64,000 nt of DNA from Eledone cirrhosa (Eukaryota). How positions within the stretch are numbered: the stretch's first letter is position 1; each line of letters starts with the position of its first letter. Of this stretch, positions 1 through 12,000 are shown one piece after another. The notes below the pieces were generated by a model. It made no database searches, was not told where the DNA came from, and was given only the letters and a program-made list of their open reading frames with translations. Where the stretch lies: positions 333,312,001 to 333,376,000 of the forward strand of contig OZ024743.1 of the NCBI GenBank assembly GCA_964016885.1. The letters are read 5' to 3'. The position numbers were made by a program, and so were the translations under genes.

Positions 1-3000
1 CTGAGTATTTAGTGTCCTAGGTCAGCATCTGGGTATTTAGTGTCTTAGGTCAGCATCTGGGTATTTAGTGTCCTAAGTCAGCATGTGGGTATTTAGTGTC
101 CTAGTTCAGCGTCTAGGTATTTAGTGTCCTAGGTCAGCGTCTGGGTATTTAGTGTCCTAGGTCAGCGTCTGAGTATTTAGTGTCCTAGGTCAGCATCTGG
201 GTATTTAGTGTCCTAGGTCAGCATCTGGGTATTTAGTGTCCTAAGTCAGCATCTGGGTATTTAGTGTCCTAGGTCAGCGTCTAGGTATTTAGTGTCCTAG
301 GTCAGCGTCTGGGTATTTACTGTCCTAGGTCAGCGTCTGAGTATTTAGTGTCTTAGGTCAGCATCTGGGTATTTAGTGTCCTAGGTCAGCGTCTGAGTAT
401 TTAGTGTCCTAGATCAGCATCTGAGTATTTAGTGTCCTAGGTCAGCATCTGGGTATTTAGTGTCGTAAGTCAGCATCTGGGTATTTAGTGTCCTAGGTCA
501 GCATCTGGGTATTTAGTGTCCTAGGTCAGCGTCTAGGTATTTAGTGTCCTAGGTCAGCATCTGGGTATTTAGTGTCGTAAGTCAGCATCTGGGTATTTAG
601 TGTCCTAGGTCAGCATCTGGGTATTTAGTGTCCTAGGTCAGCGTCTAGGTATTTAGTGTCCTAGGTCAGCATCTGGGTATTTAGTGTCCTAGGTCAGCGT
701 CTGGGTATTTAGTGTCGTAAGTCAGCATCTGGGTATTTAGTGTCCTAGGTCAGCATCTGGGTATTTAGTGTCCTAGGTCAGCGTCTAGGTATATAGTGTC
801 CTAGGTCAGCATCTGGGTATTTAGTGTCCTAGGTCAGCGTCTAGGTATTTAGTGTCCTAGGTCAGCATCTGGGTATTTAGTGTCCTAAGTCAGCGTCTGG
901 GTATTTAGTGTCCTAAGTCAGTATCTGGGTATTTAGTGTCCTAGGTCAGCGTCTAGGTATTTAGTGTCCTAGGTCAGCATCTGGGTATTTAGTGTCCTAG
1001 GTCAGCATCTGGGTATTTAGTGTCCTAGGTCAGCATCTGGGTATTTAGTGTCCTAGGTCAGCATCTGGGTATTTAGTGTCCTAAGTCAGCATCTAGGTAT
1101 TTTGTGTCCTAGGTCAGCATCTGGGTATTTAGTGTCCTAGGTCAGCATCTGAGTGTTTAGTGTCCTAGGTCAGCATCTGGGTATTTAGTGTCCTAAGTCA
1201 GCATCCAGGTATTTAGTGTCCTAGGTCAGCATCCAGGTATTTAGTGTCCTAGGTCAGCATCTGGGTATTTAGTGTCCTAGGGCAGCATCTGGGTATTTAG
1301 TGTCCTAGGTCAGCATCTGGGTATTTAGTGTCCTAGGTCAGTGTCTGAGTTTTTTTGTCCTAGTCAGCGTCTAGGTATTTAGTGTCCTAGGTCAGCGTCT
1401 GAGTATTTAGTGTCCTAGGCCAGCATCTGGGTATTTAGTGTCCTAGGTCAGTGTCTGAGTTTTTGTGTCCTAGTCAGCGTCTAGGTATTTAGTGTCCTAG
1501 GTCAGCGTCTGAGTATTTAGTGTCCTAGGTCAGTGTCTCGGTTTTTGTGTCCTAGTCAGCGTCTAGGTATTTAGTGTCTGTCCTAGGTCAGCGTCTAGGT
1601 ATTTAGTGTCCTAGGTCAGCATCTAGGTATTTAGTGTCCTAGGTCAGCGTCTGGGTATTTAGTGTCCTAGGTCAGCATCTAGGTATTTAGTGTCCTAAGT
1701 CAGCGTCTGAGTATTTAGTGTTTTAGGTCAGCGTCTGAGTATTTAGTGTTTTAGGTCAGCGTCTGAGTATTTAGTGTCCTAGGTCAGCATCTGGGTATTT
1801 AGTGTCCTAGGTCAGCGTCTGGGTATTTAGTGTCCTAGGTCAGCGTCTGAGTATTTAGTGTCCTAGGTCAGCATCTAGGTATTTAGTGTCGTAGGTCAGC
1901 ATCTGGGTATTTAGTGTCCTAGGTCAGCGTCTGGGTATTTAGTGTCCTAAGTCAGCATCTAGGTATTTTGTGTCCTAGGTCAGCATCCAGGTATTTAGTG
2001 TCCTAGGTCAGCATCCAGGTATTTAGTGTCCTAGGTCAGCATCTGGGTATTTAGTGTCCTAGGTCAGCATCTGGGTATTTAGTGTCCTAGGTCAGCATCT
2101 AGGTATTTAGTGTCCTAAGTCAGCGTCTAGGTATTTAGTGTCCTAAGTCAGCGTCTGAGTATTTAGTGTCTTAGGTTAGCATCTGGGTATTTAGTGTCCT
2201 AGGTCAGCATCTAGGTATTTAGTGTCCTAGGTCAGCGTCTGGGTATTTAGTGTTTTAGGTCAGCATCTGGGTATTTAGTGTCCTAGGTCAGCATCTAGGT
2301 ATTTAGTGTCCTAGGTCAGCATCTGGGTATTTAGTGTCCTAGGTCAGCGTCTGGGTATTTAGTGTCCTAGGTCAGCGTCTAGGTATTTAGTGTCCTAGGT
2401 CAGCGTCTGGGTATTTACTGTCCTAGGTCAGCGTCTGAGTATTTAGTGTCTTAGGTCAGCATCTGGGTATTTACTGTCCTAGGTCAGCGTCTGAGTATTT
2501 AGTGTCCTAGATCAGCATCTGGGTATTTAGTGTCCTAGGTCAGCGTCTGAGTATTTAGTGTCCTAGATCAGCATCTGGGTATTTAGTGTCGTAAGTCAGC
2601 ATCTGGGTATTTAGTGTCCTAGGTCAGCATCTAGGTATTTAGTGTCCTAGGTCAGCGTCTAGGTATTTAGTGTCCTAGGTCAGCATCTGGGTATTTAGTG
2701 TCCTAGGTCAGCGTCTAGGTATTTAGTGTCCTAGGTCAGCATCTGGGTATTTAGTGTCCTAGGTCAGCGTCTAGGTATTTAGTGTCCTAGGTCAGCATCT
2801 GGGTATTTAGTGTCCTAAGTCAGCGTCTAGGTATTTAGTGTCCTAAGTCAGCATCTGGGTATTTAGTCTCCTAGGTCAGCGTCTAGGTATTTAGTGTCCT
2901 AGGTCAGCATCTAGGTATTTAGTGTCCTAGGTCAGCATCTGGGTATTTAGTGTCCTAGGTCAGCATCTGAGTATTTAGTGTCCTAGGTCAGCATCTGGGT

Positions 3001-6000
3001 ATTTAGTGTCCTAAGTCAGCATCTAGGTATTTTGTGTCCTAGGTCAGCATCCAGGTATTTTGTGTCCTAGGTCAGCATCCAGGTATTTAGTGTCCTAGGT
3101 CAGCATCTGGGTATTTAGTGTCCTAGGTCAGCATCTGGGTATTTAGTGTCCTAGGTCAGCATCTAGGTATTTAGTGTCCTAGGTCAGCGTCTGAGTATTT
3201 AGTGTCCTTGGTCAGCGTCTAGGTATTTAGTGTCCTAGGCCAGCATCTGGGTATTTAGTGTCCTAGGTCAGTGTCTGGGTTTTTGTGTCCTAGTCAGCGT
3301 CTAGGTATTTAGTGTCCTAGGTCAGCGTCTGAGTATTTAGTGTCCTTGGTCAGCGTCTAGGTATTTAGTGTCCTAGGCCAGCATCTGGGTATTTAGTGTC
3401 CTAAGTCAGTGTCTCGGTTTTTGTGTCCTAGTCAGCGTCTAGGTATTTAGTGTCTGTCCTAGGTCAGCGTCTAGGTATTTAGTGTCCTAGGTCAGCATCT
3501 AGGTATTTAGTGTCCTAGGTCAGCGTCTGGGTATTTAGTGTTTTAGGTCAGCGTCTGAGTATTTAGTGTCCTAGGTCAGCATCTAGGTATTTAGTGTCCT
3601 AGGTCAGCATCTGGGTATTTAGTGTCCTAGGTCAGCGTCTGGGTATTTAGTGTCCTAGGTCAGTGTCTGAGTATTTAGTGTCCTAGGTCAGCATCTGGGT
3701 ATTTAGTGTCCTAGGTCAGCGTCTGAGTATTTAGTGTCTTAGGTCAGCATCTGGGTATTTAGTGTCCTAAGTCAGCATCTGGGTATTTAGTGTCCTAGGT
3801 CAGCGTCTAGGTATTTAGTGTCCTAGGTCAGCGTCTGGGTATTTAGTGTCCTAGGTCAGCGTCTGAGTATTTAGTGTCTTAGGTCAGCATCTGGGTATTT
3901 AGTGTCCTAAGTCAGCATCTGGGTATTTAGTGTCCTAGGTCAGCGTCTAGGTATTTAGTATCCTAGGTCAGCATCTGGGTATTTAGTGTCCTAGGTCAGC
4001 GTCTGGGTATTTAGTGTCCTAGGTCAGCATCTGGGTATTTAGTGTCCTAGGTCAGCGTCTGGGTATTTAGTGTCCTAGGTTAGCGTCTGGGTATTTAGTG
4101 TCGTAGGTCAGCGTCTGGGTATTTAGTGTCCTAGGTCAGCGTCTGAGTATTTAGTGTCCTAGGTCAGCGTCTAGGTATTTAGTGTCCTAGGTCAGCGTAT
4201 TTAGTGTCCTAGGTCAGCGTCTAGGTATTTAGTGTCGTAGGTCAGCGTCTGGGTATTTAGTGTCCTAGGTCAGCGTCTGGGTATTTAGTGTCCTAGGTCA
4301 GCGTCTAGGTATTTAGTGTCCTAGGTCAGCGTCTGAGTATTTAGTGTCCTAGGTCAGCATCTGGATATTTAGTGTCCTAGGTCAGCGTCTGAGTATTTAG
4401 TGTCCTAGGTCAGAATCTGGGTATTTAGTGTCCTAGGTCAGCATCTAGGTATTTAGTGTCCTAGGTCAGCATCCAGGTATTTAGTGTCCTAGGTCAGCAT
4501 CCAGGTATTTAGTGTCCTAGGTCAGCATCCAGGTATTTAGTGTCCTAGGTCAGCATCTGGGTATTTAGTGTCCTGGTCAGCGTCTAGGTATTTAGTGTCC
4601 TAGGTCAGCATCCAGGTATTTAGTGTCCTAGGTCAGCATCCAGGTATTTAATGTCCTAGGTCAGCATCTGGGTATTTAGTGTCCTAGGTCAGCGTCTGAG
4701 TATTTAGTGTCCTAAGTCAGCATCTGGGTATTTAGTGTCCTAGGTCAGCATCTAGGTATTTAGTGTCCTAGGTCAGCATCCAGGTATTTAGTGTCCTAGG
4801 TCAGCATCTGGGTATTTAGTGTCCTAGGTCAGCATCTGAGTATTTAGTGTCCTAAGTCAGCATCTGGGTATTTAGTGTCCTAAGTCAGCATCTGGGTATT
4901 TAGTGTCCTAGGTCAGCATCTGGGTATTTAGTGTCCTAGGTCAGCATCTAGGTATTTAGTGTCCTAGGTCAGCATCTAGGTATTTAGTGTCCTAGGTCAG
5001 CATCTGTGTATTTAGTGTCTTAGGTCAGCGTCTGAGTATTTAGTGTCCTAGGTCAGCGTCTAGGTATTTAGTGTCCTAGGCCAGCGTCTAGGTATTTAGT
5101 GTCCTAAGTCAGCATCTAGGTATTTAGTGTCCTAGGTCAGCATCTGGGTATTTAGTGTTCTAGGTCAGCATCTGGGTATTTAGTGTCCTAGGTCAGCGTC
5201 TGAGTATTTAGTGTCCTAGGTCAGCATCTAGGTATTTAGTGTCCTAGGTCAGCATCTGAGTATTTAGTGTCCTAGGTCAGCATCTGGGTATTTAGTGTCC
5301 TGGTTAGCGTCTAGGTATTTAGTGTCCTAGGTCAGCATCTAGGTATTTAGTGTCCTAGGTCAGCGTCTAGGTATTTAGTGTCGTAGGTCAGCATCTGGGT
5401 ATTTAGTGTCCTAGGTCAGCGTCTGGGTATTTAGTGTCCTAAGTCAGCATCTAGGTATTTTGTGTCCTAGGTCAGCATCCAGGTATTTAGTGTCCTAGGT
5501 CAGCATCCAGGTATTTAGTGTCCTAGGTCAGCATCTGGGTATTTAGTGTCCTAGGTCAGCATCTGGGTATTTAGTGTCCTAGGTCAGCATCTAGGTATTT
5601 AGTGTCCTAAGTCAGCGTCTGAGTATTTAGTGTCTTAGGTTAGCATCTGGGTATTTAGTGTCCTAGGTCAGCATCTAGGTATTTAGTGTCCTAGGTCAGC
5701 GTCTGGGTATTTAGTGTTTTAGGTCAGCATCTGGGTATTTAGTGTCCTAGGTCAGCATCTAGGTATTTAGTGTCCTAGGTCAGCATCTGGGTATTTAGTG
5801 TCCTAGGTCAGCGTCTGGGTATTTAGTGTCCTAGGTCAGCGTCTAGGTATTTAGTGTCCTAGGTCAGCGTCTGGGTATTTACTGTCCTAGGTCAGCGTCT
5901 GAGTATTTAGTGTCTTAGGTCAGCATCTGGGTATTTACTGTCCTAGGTCAGCGTCTGAGTATTTAGTGTCCTAGATCAGCATCTGGGTATTTAGTGTCCT

Positions 6001-9000
6001 AGGTCAGCGTCTGAGTATTTAGTGTCCTAGATCAGCATCTGGGTATTTAGTGTCGTAAGTCAGCATCTGGGTATTTAGTGTCCTAGGTCAGCATCTAGGT
6101 ATTTAGTGTCCTAGGTCAGCGTCTAGGTATTTAGTGTCCTAGGTCAGCATCTGGGTATTTAGTGTCCTAGGTCAGCGTCTAGGTATTTAGTGTCCTAGGT
6201 CAGCATCTGGGTATTTAGTGTCCTAGGTCAGCGTCTAGGTATTTAGTGTCCTAGGTCAGCATCTGGGTATTTAGTGTCCTAAGTCAGCGTCTAGGTATTT
6301 AGTGTCCTAAGTCAGCATCTGGGTATTTAGTCTCCTAGGTCAGCGTCTAGGTATTTAGTGTCCTAGGTCAGCATCTAGGTATTTAGTGTCCTAGGTCAGC
6401 ATCTGGGTATTTAGTGTCCTAGGTCAGCATCTGAGTATTTAGTGTCCTAGGTCAGCATCTGGGTATTTAGTGTCCTAAGTCAGCATCTAGGTATTTTGTG
6501 TCCTAGGTCAGCATCCAGGTATTTTGTGTCCTAGGTCAGCATCCAGGTATTTAGTGTCCTAGGTCAGCATCTGGGTATTTAGTGTCCTAGGTCAGCATCT
6601 GGGTATTTAGTGTCCTAGGTCAGCATCTAGGTATTTAGTGTCCTAGGTCAGCGTCTGAGTATTTAGTGTCCTTGGTCAGCGTCTAGGTATTTAGTGTCCT
6701 AGGCCAGCATCTGGGTATTTAGTGTCCTAGGTCAGTGTCTGGGTTTTTGTGTCCTAGTCAGCGTCTAGGTATTTAGTGTCCTAGGTCAGCGTCTGAGTAT
6801 TTAGTGTCCTTGGTCAGCGTCTAGGTATTTAGTGTCCTAGGCCAGCATCTGGGTATTTAGTGTCCTAAGTCAGTGTCTCGGTTTTTGTGTCCTAGTCAGC
6901 GTCTAGGTATTTAGTGTCTGTCCTAGGTCAGCGTCTAGGTATTTAGTGTCCTAGGTCAGCATCTAGGTATTTAGTGTCCTAGGTCAGCGTCTGGGTATTT
7001 AGTGTTTTAGGTCAGCGTCTGAGTATTTAGTGTCCTAGGTCAGCATCTAGGTATTTAGTGTCCTAGGTCAGCATCTGGGTATTTAGTGTCCTAGGTCAGC
7101 GTCTGGGTATTTAGTGTCCTAGGTCAGTGTCTGAGTATTTAGTGTCCTAGGTCAGCATCTGGGTATTTAGTGTCCTAGGTCAGCGTCTGAGTATTTAGTG
7201 TCTTAGGTCAGCATCTGGGTATTTAGTGTCCTAAGTCAGCATCTGGGTATTTAGTGTCCTAGGTCAGCGTCTAGGTATTTAGTGTCCTAGGTCAGCGTCT
7301 GGGTATTTAGTGTCCTAGGTCAGCGTCTGAGTATTTAGTGTCTTAGGTCAGCATCTGGGTATTTAGTGTCCTAAGTCAGCATCTGGGTATTTAGTGTCCT
7401 AGGTCAGCGTCTAGGTATTTAGTATCCTAGGTCAGCATCTGGGTATTTAGTGTCCTAGGTCAGCGTCTGGGTATTTAGTGTCCTAGGTCAGCATCTGGGT
7501 ATTTAGTGTCCTAGGTCAGCGTCTGGGTATTTAGTGTCCTAGGTTAGCGTCTGGGTATTTAGTGTCGTAGGTCAGCGTCTGGGTATTTAGTGTCCTAGGT
7601 CAGCGTCTGAGTATTTAGTGTCCTAGGTCAGCGTCTAGGTATTTAGTGTCCTAGGTCAGCGTATTTAGTGTCCTAGGTCAGCGTCTAGGTATTTAGTGCC
7701 GTAGGTCAGCGTCTGGGTATTTAGTGTCCTAGGTCAGCGTCTGGGTATTTAGTGTCCTAGGTCAGCGTCTAGGTATTTAGTGTCCTAGGTCAGCGTCTGA
7801 GTATTTAGTGTCCTAGGTCAGCATCTGGATATTTAGTGTCCTAGGTCAGCGTCTGAGTATTTAGTGTCCTAGGTCAGAATCTGGGTATTTAGTGTCCTAG
7901 GTCAGCATCTAGGTATTTAGTGTCCTAGGTCAGCATCCAGGTATTTAGTGTCCTAGGTCAGCATCCAGGTATTTAGTGTCCTAGGTCAGCATCCAGGTAT
8001 TTAGTGTCCTAGGTCAGCATCTGGGTATTTAGTGTCCTGGTCAGCGTCTAGGTATTTAGTGTCCTAGGTCAGCATCCAGGTATTTAGTGTCCTAGGTCAG
8101 CATCCAGGTATTTAATGTCCTAGGTCAGCATCTGGGTATTTAGTGTCCTAGGTCAGCGTCTGAGTATTTAGTGTCCTAAGTCAGCATCTGGGTATTTAGT
8201 GTCCTAGGTCAGCCTCTAGGTATTTAGTGTCCTAGGTCAGCATCCAGGTATTTAGTGTCCTAGGTCAGCATCTGGGTATTTAGTGTCCTAGGTCAGCATC
8301 TGAGTATTTAGTGTCCTAAGTCAGCATCTGGGTATTTAGTGTCCTAAGTCAGCATCTGGGTATTTAGTGTCCTAGGTCAGCATCTGGGTATTTAGTGTCC
8401 TAGGTCAGCATCTAGGTATTTAGTGTCCTAGGTCAGCATCTAGGTATTTAGTGTCCTAGGTCAGCATCTGGGTATTTAGTGTCTTAGGTCAGCGTCTGAG
8501 TATTTAGTGTCCTAGGTCAGCGTCTAGGTATTTAGTGTCCTAGGCCAGCGTCTAGGTATTTAGTGTCCTAAGTCAGCATCTAGGTATTTAGTGTCCTAGG
8601 TCAGCATCTGGGTATTTAGTGTTCTAGGTCAGCATCTGGGTATTTAGTGTCCTAGGTCAGCGTCTGAGTATTTAGTGTCCTAGGTCAGCATCTAGGTATT
8701 TAGTGTCCTAGGTCAGCATCTGAGTATTTAGTGTCCTAGGTCAGCATCTGGGTATTTAGTGTCCTGGTTAGCGTCTAGGTATTTAGTGTCCTAGGTCAGC
8801 ATCTAGGTATTTAGTGTCCTAGGTCAGCGTCTAGGTATTTAGTGTCCTAGGTCAGCGTCTAGGTATTTAGTGTCCTAGGTCAGCGTCTGGGTATTTATTG
8901 TCCTAGGTCAGCGTTTGAGTATTTAGTGTCCTAGGTCAGCGTCTGGGTATTTAGTGTCCTAGGTCAGCGTCTGAGTATTTAGTGTCCTAGGTCAGCGTCT

Positions 9001-12000
9001 GAGTATTTAGTGTCCTAGGTCAGCGTCTAGGTATTTAGTGTCCTAGGTCAGCGTCTGGGTATTTAGTGTCCTAGGTCAGCGTCTGGGTATTTAGTGTCCT
9101 AGGTCAGCGTCTGGGTTCTTAGTGTCCTAGGTCAGCGTCTAGGTTCTTAGTGTCCTAGGTCAGCGTCTAGGTATTTAGTGTCCTAGGTCAGCGTCTGAGT
9201 ATTTAGTGTCCTAGGTCAGCATCTGGATATTTAGTGTCCTAGGTCAGCGTCTGAGTATTTAGTGTCCTAGGTCAGCATCTGGGTATTTAGTGTCCTAGGT
9301 CAGCATCTAGGTATTTAGTGTCCTAGGTCAGCATCCAGGTATTTAGTGTCCTAGGTCAGCATCCAGGTATTTAGTGTCCTAGGTCAGCATCCAGGTATTT
9401 AGTGTCCTAGGTCAGCATCTGGGTATTTAGTATCCTAGGTCAGCGTCTGAGTATTTAGTGGCCTAGGTCAGCATCTAGGTATTTAGTGTCCTAGGTCAGC
9501 ATCTGAGTATTTAGTGTCCTAGGTCAGCATCTGGGTATTTAGTGTCCTGGTCAGCGTCTAGGTATTTAGTGTCCTAGGTCAGCGTCTAGGTATTTAGTGT
9601 CCTAGGTCAGCATCTGGGTATTTAGTGTCCTAAGTCAGTGTCTAGGTATTTAGTGTCCTAGGTCAGCGTCTGGGTATTTAGTGTCCTAGGTCAGCGTCTG
9701 AGTATTTAGTGTCCTAGGTCAGCATCTGGATATTTAGTGTCCTAGGTCAGCGTCTAGGTATTTAGTGTCCTAGGTCAGCGTCTAGGTATTTAGTGTCCTA
9801 GGTCAGCGTCTAGGTATTTAGTGTCCTAGGTCAGCGTCTGGGTATTTAGTGTCCCAGGTCAGCGTCTGGGTATTTAGTGTCCTAGGTCAGCGTCTGGGTA
9901 TTTAGTGTCCTAGATCAGCATCTGGGTATTTAGTGTCCTAGGTCAGCATCTAGGTATTTAGTGTCCTAGGTCAGCATCCAGGTATTTAGTGTCCTAGGTC
10001 AGCATCTGAGTATTTAGTGTCCTAGGTCAGCATCTGGGTATTTAGTGTCCTAAGTCAGCATCTAGGTATTTAGTGTCCTAGGTCAGCATCTGGGTATTTA
10101 GTGTCCTAGGTCAGCATCCAGGTATTTAGTGTCCTAGGTCAGCATCCAGGTATTTAGTGTCCTAGGTCAGCATCTGGGTATTTAGTGTCCTAGGTCAGCA
10201 TCTGGGTATTTAGTATCCTAGGTCAGCGTCTGAGTATTTAGTGGCCTAGGTCAGCATCTAGGTATTTAGTGTCCTAGGTCAGCATCTGAGTATTTACTGT
10301 CCTAGGTCAGCATCTGGGTATTTAGTGTCCTGGTCAGCGTCTAGGTATTTAGTGTTCTAGGTCAGCATCTGAGTATTTAATGTCCTTGGTCAGCGTCTGG
10401 GTATTTAGTGTCCTAGGCCAGCATCTGGGTATTTAGTGTCCTAGGTCAGTGTCTGGGTTTTTGTGTCCTAGTCAGCGTCTAGGTATTTAGTGTCCTAGGT
10501 CAGCGTCTAGGTATTTAGTGTCCTAGGTCAGCGTCTGAGTATTTAGTGTCCTAGGTCAGCATCTGGATATTTAGTGTCCTAGGTCAGCGTCTGAGTATTT
10601 AGTGTCCTAGGTCAGCATCTGGATATTTAGTGTCCTAGGTCAGCATCTGGGTATTTAGTGTCCTAGGTCAGCATCTAGGTATTTAGTGTCCTAGGTCAGC
10701 ATCCAGGTATTTAGTGTCCTAGGTCAGCATCCAGGTATTCAGTGTCCTAGGTCAGCATCTAGGTATTTAGTGTCCTAGGTCAGCATCTGGGTATTTAGTG
10801 TCCTAGGTCAGCATCTGGGTATTTAGTATCCTAGGTCAGCGTCTGAGTATTTAGTGGCCTAGGTCAGCATCTAGGTATTTAGTGTCCTAGGTCAGCATCT
10901 GAGTATTTAGTGTCCTAGGTCAGTGTCTGGGTATTTAGTGTCCTGGTCAGCGTCTAGGTATTTAGTGTCCTAGGTCAGCGTCTGAGTATTTAGTGTCCTA
11001 GGTCAGCGTCTGGGTATTTAGTGTCCTAGGTCAGTGTCTGGGTATTTAGTGTCCTGGTCAGCGTCTAGGTATTTAGTGTCCTAGGTCAGCATCTGAGTAT
11101 TTAGTGTCCTAGGTCAGTGTCTGGGTATTTAGTGTCCTAGGTCAGCGTCTAGGTATTTAGTGTCCTAGGTCAGCATCTAGGTATTTAGTGTCCTAGGTCA
11201 GCGTCTAGGTATTTAGTGTCCTAGGTCAGCATCTGGGTATTTAGTGTCCTAGGTCAGCGTCTAGGTATTTAGTGTCCTAGGTCAGCATCTAGGTATTTAG
11301 TGTCCTAGGTCAGCGTCTAGGTATTTAGTGTCCTAGGTCAGCGTCTGGGTATTTAGTGTCCTAGGTCAGCGTCTGAGTATTTAGTGTCCTAGGTCAGCAT
11401 CTGGATATTTAGTGTCCTAGGTCAGCATCTAGGTATTTAATGTCCTAGGTCAGCGTCTGGGTATTTAGTGTCCTAGGTCAGCATCTGGGTATTTAGTGTC
11501 CTAGGTCAGCGTCTGGGTATTTAGTGTCCTAGGTCAGCGTCTAGGTATTTAGTGTCCTAGGTCAGCGTCTAGGTATTTAGTGTCCTAGGTCAGCGTCTAG
11601 GTATTTAGTGTCCTAGGTCAGCGTCTGGGTATTTAGTGTCCTAGATCAGCATCTGGGTATTTAGTGTCCTAGGTCAGCATCTAGGTATTTAGTGTCCTAG
11701 GTCAGCATCTGGGTATTTAGTGTCCTAGGTCAGCATCTGAGTATTTAGTGTCCTAGGTCAGCATCTGGGTATTTAGTGTCCTAAGTCAGCATCTAGGTAT
11801 TTAGTGTCCTAGGTCAGCATCCAGGTATTTAGTGTCCTAGGTCAGCATCCAGGTATTTAGTGTCCTAGGTCAGCATCCAGGTATTTAGTGTCCTAGGTCA
11901 GCATCTGGGTATTTAGTGTCCTAGGTCAGCATCTGGGTATTTAGTATCCTAGGTCAGCGTCTGAGTATTTAGTGGCCTAGGTCAGCATCTGGGTATTTAG

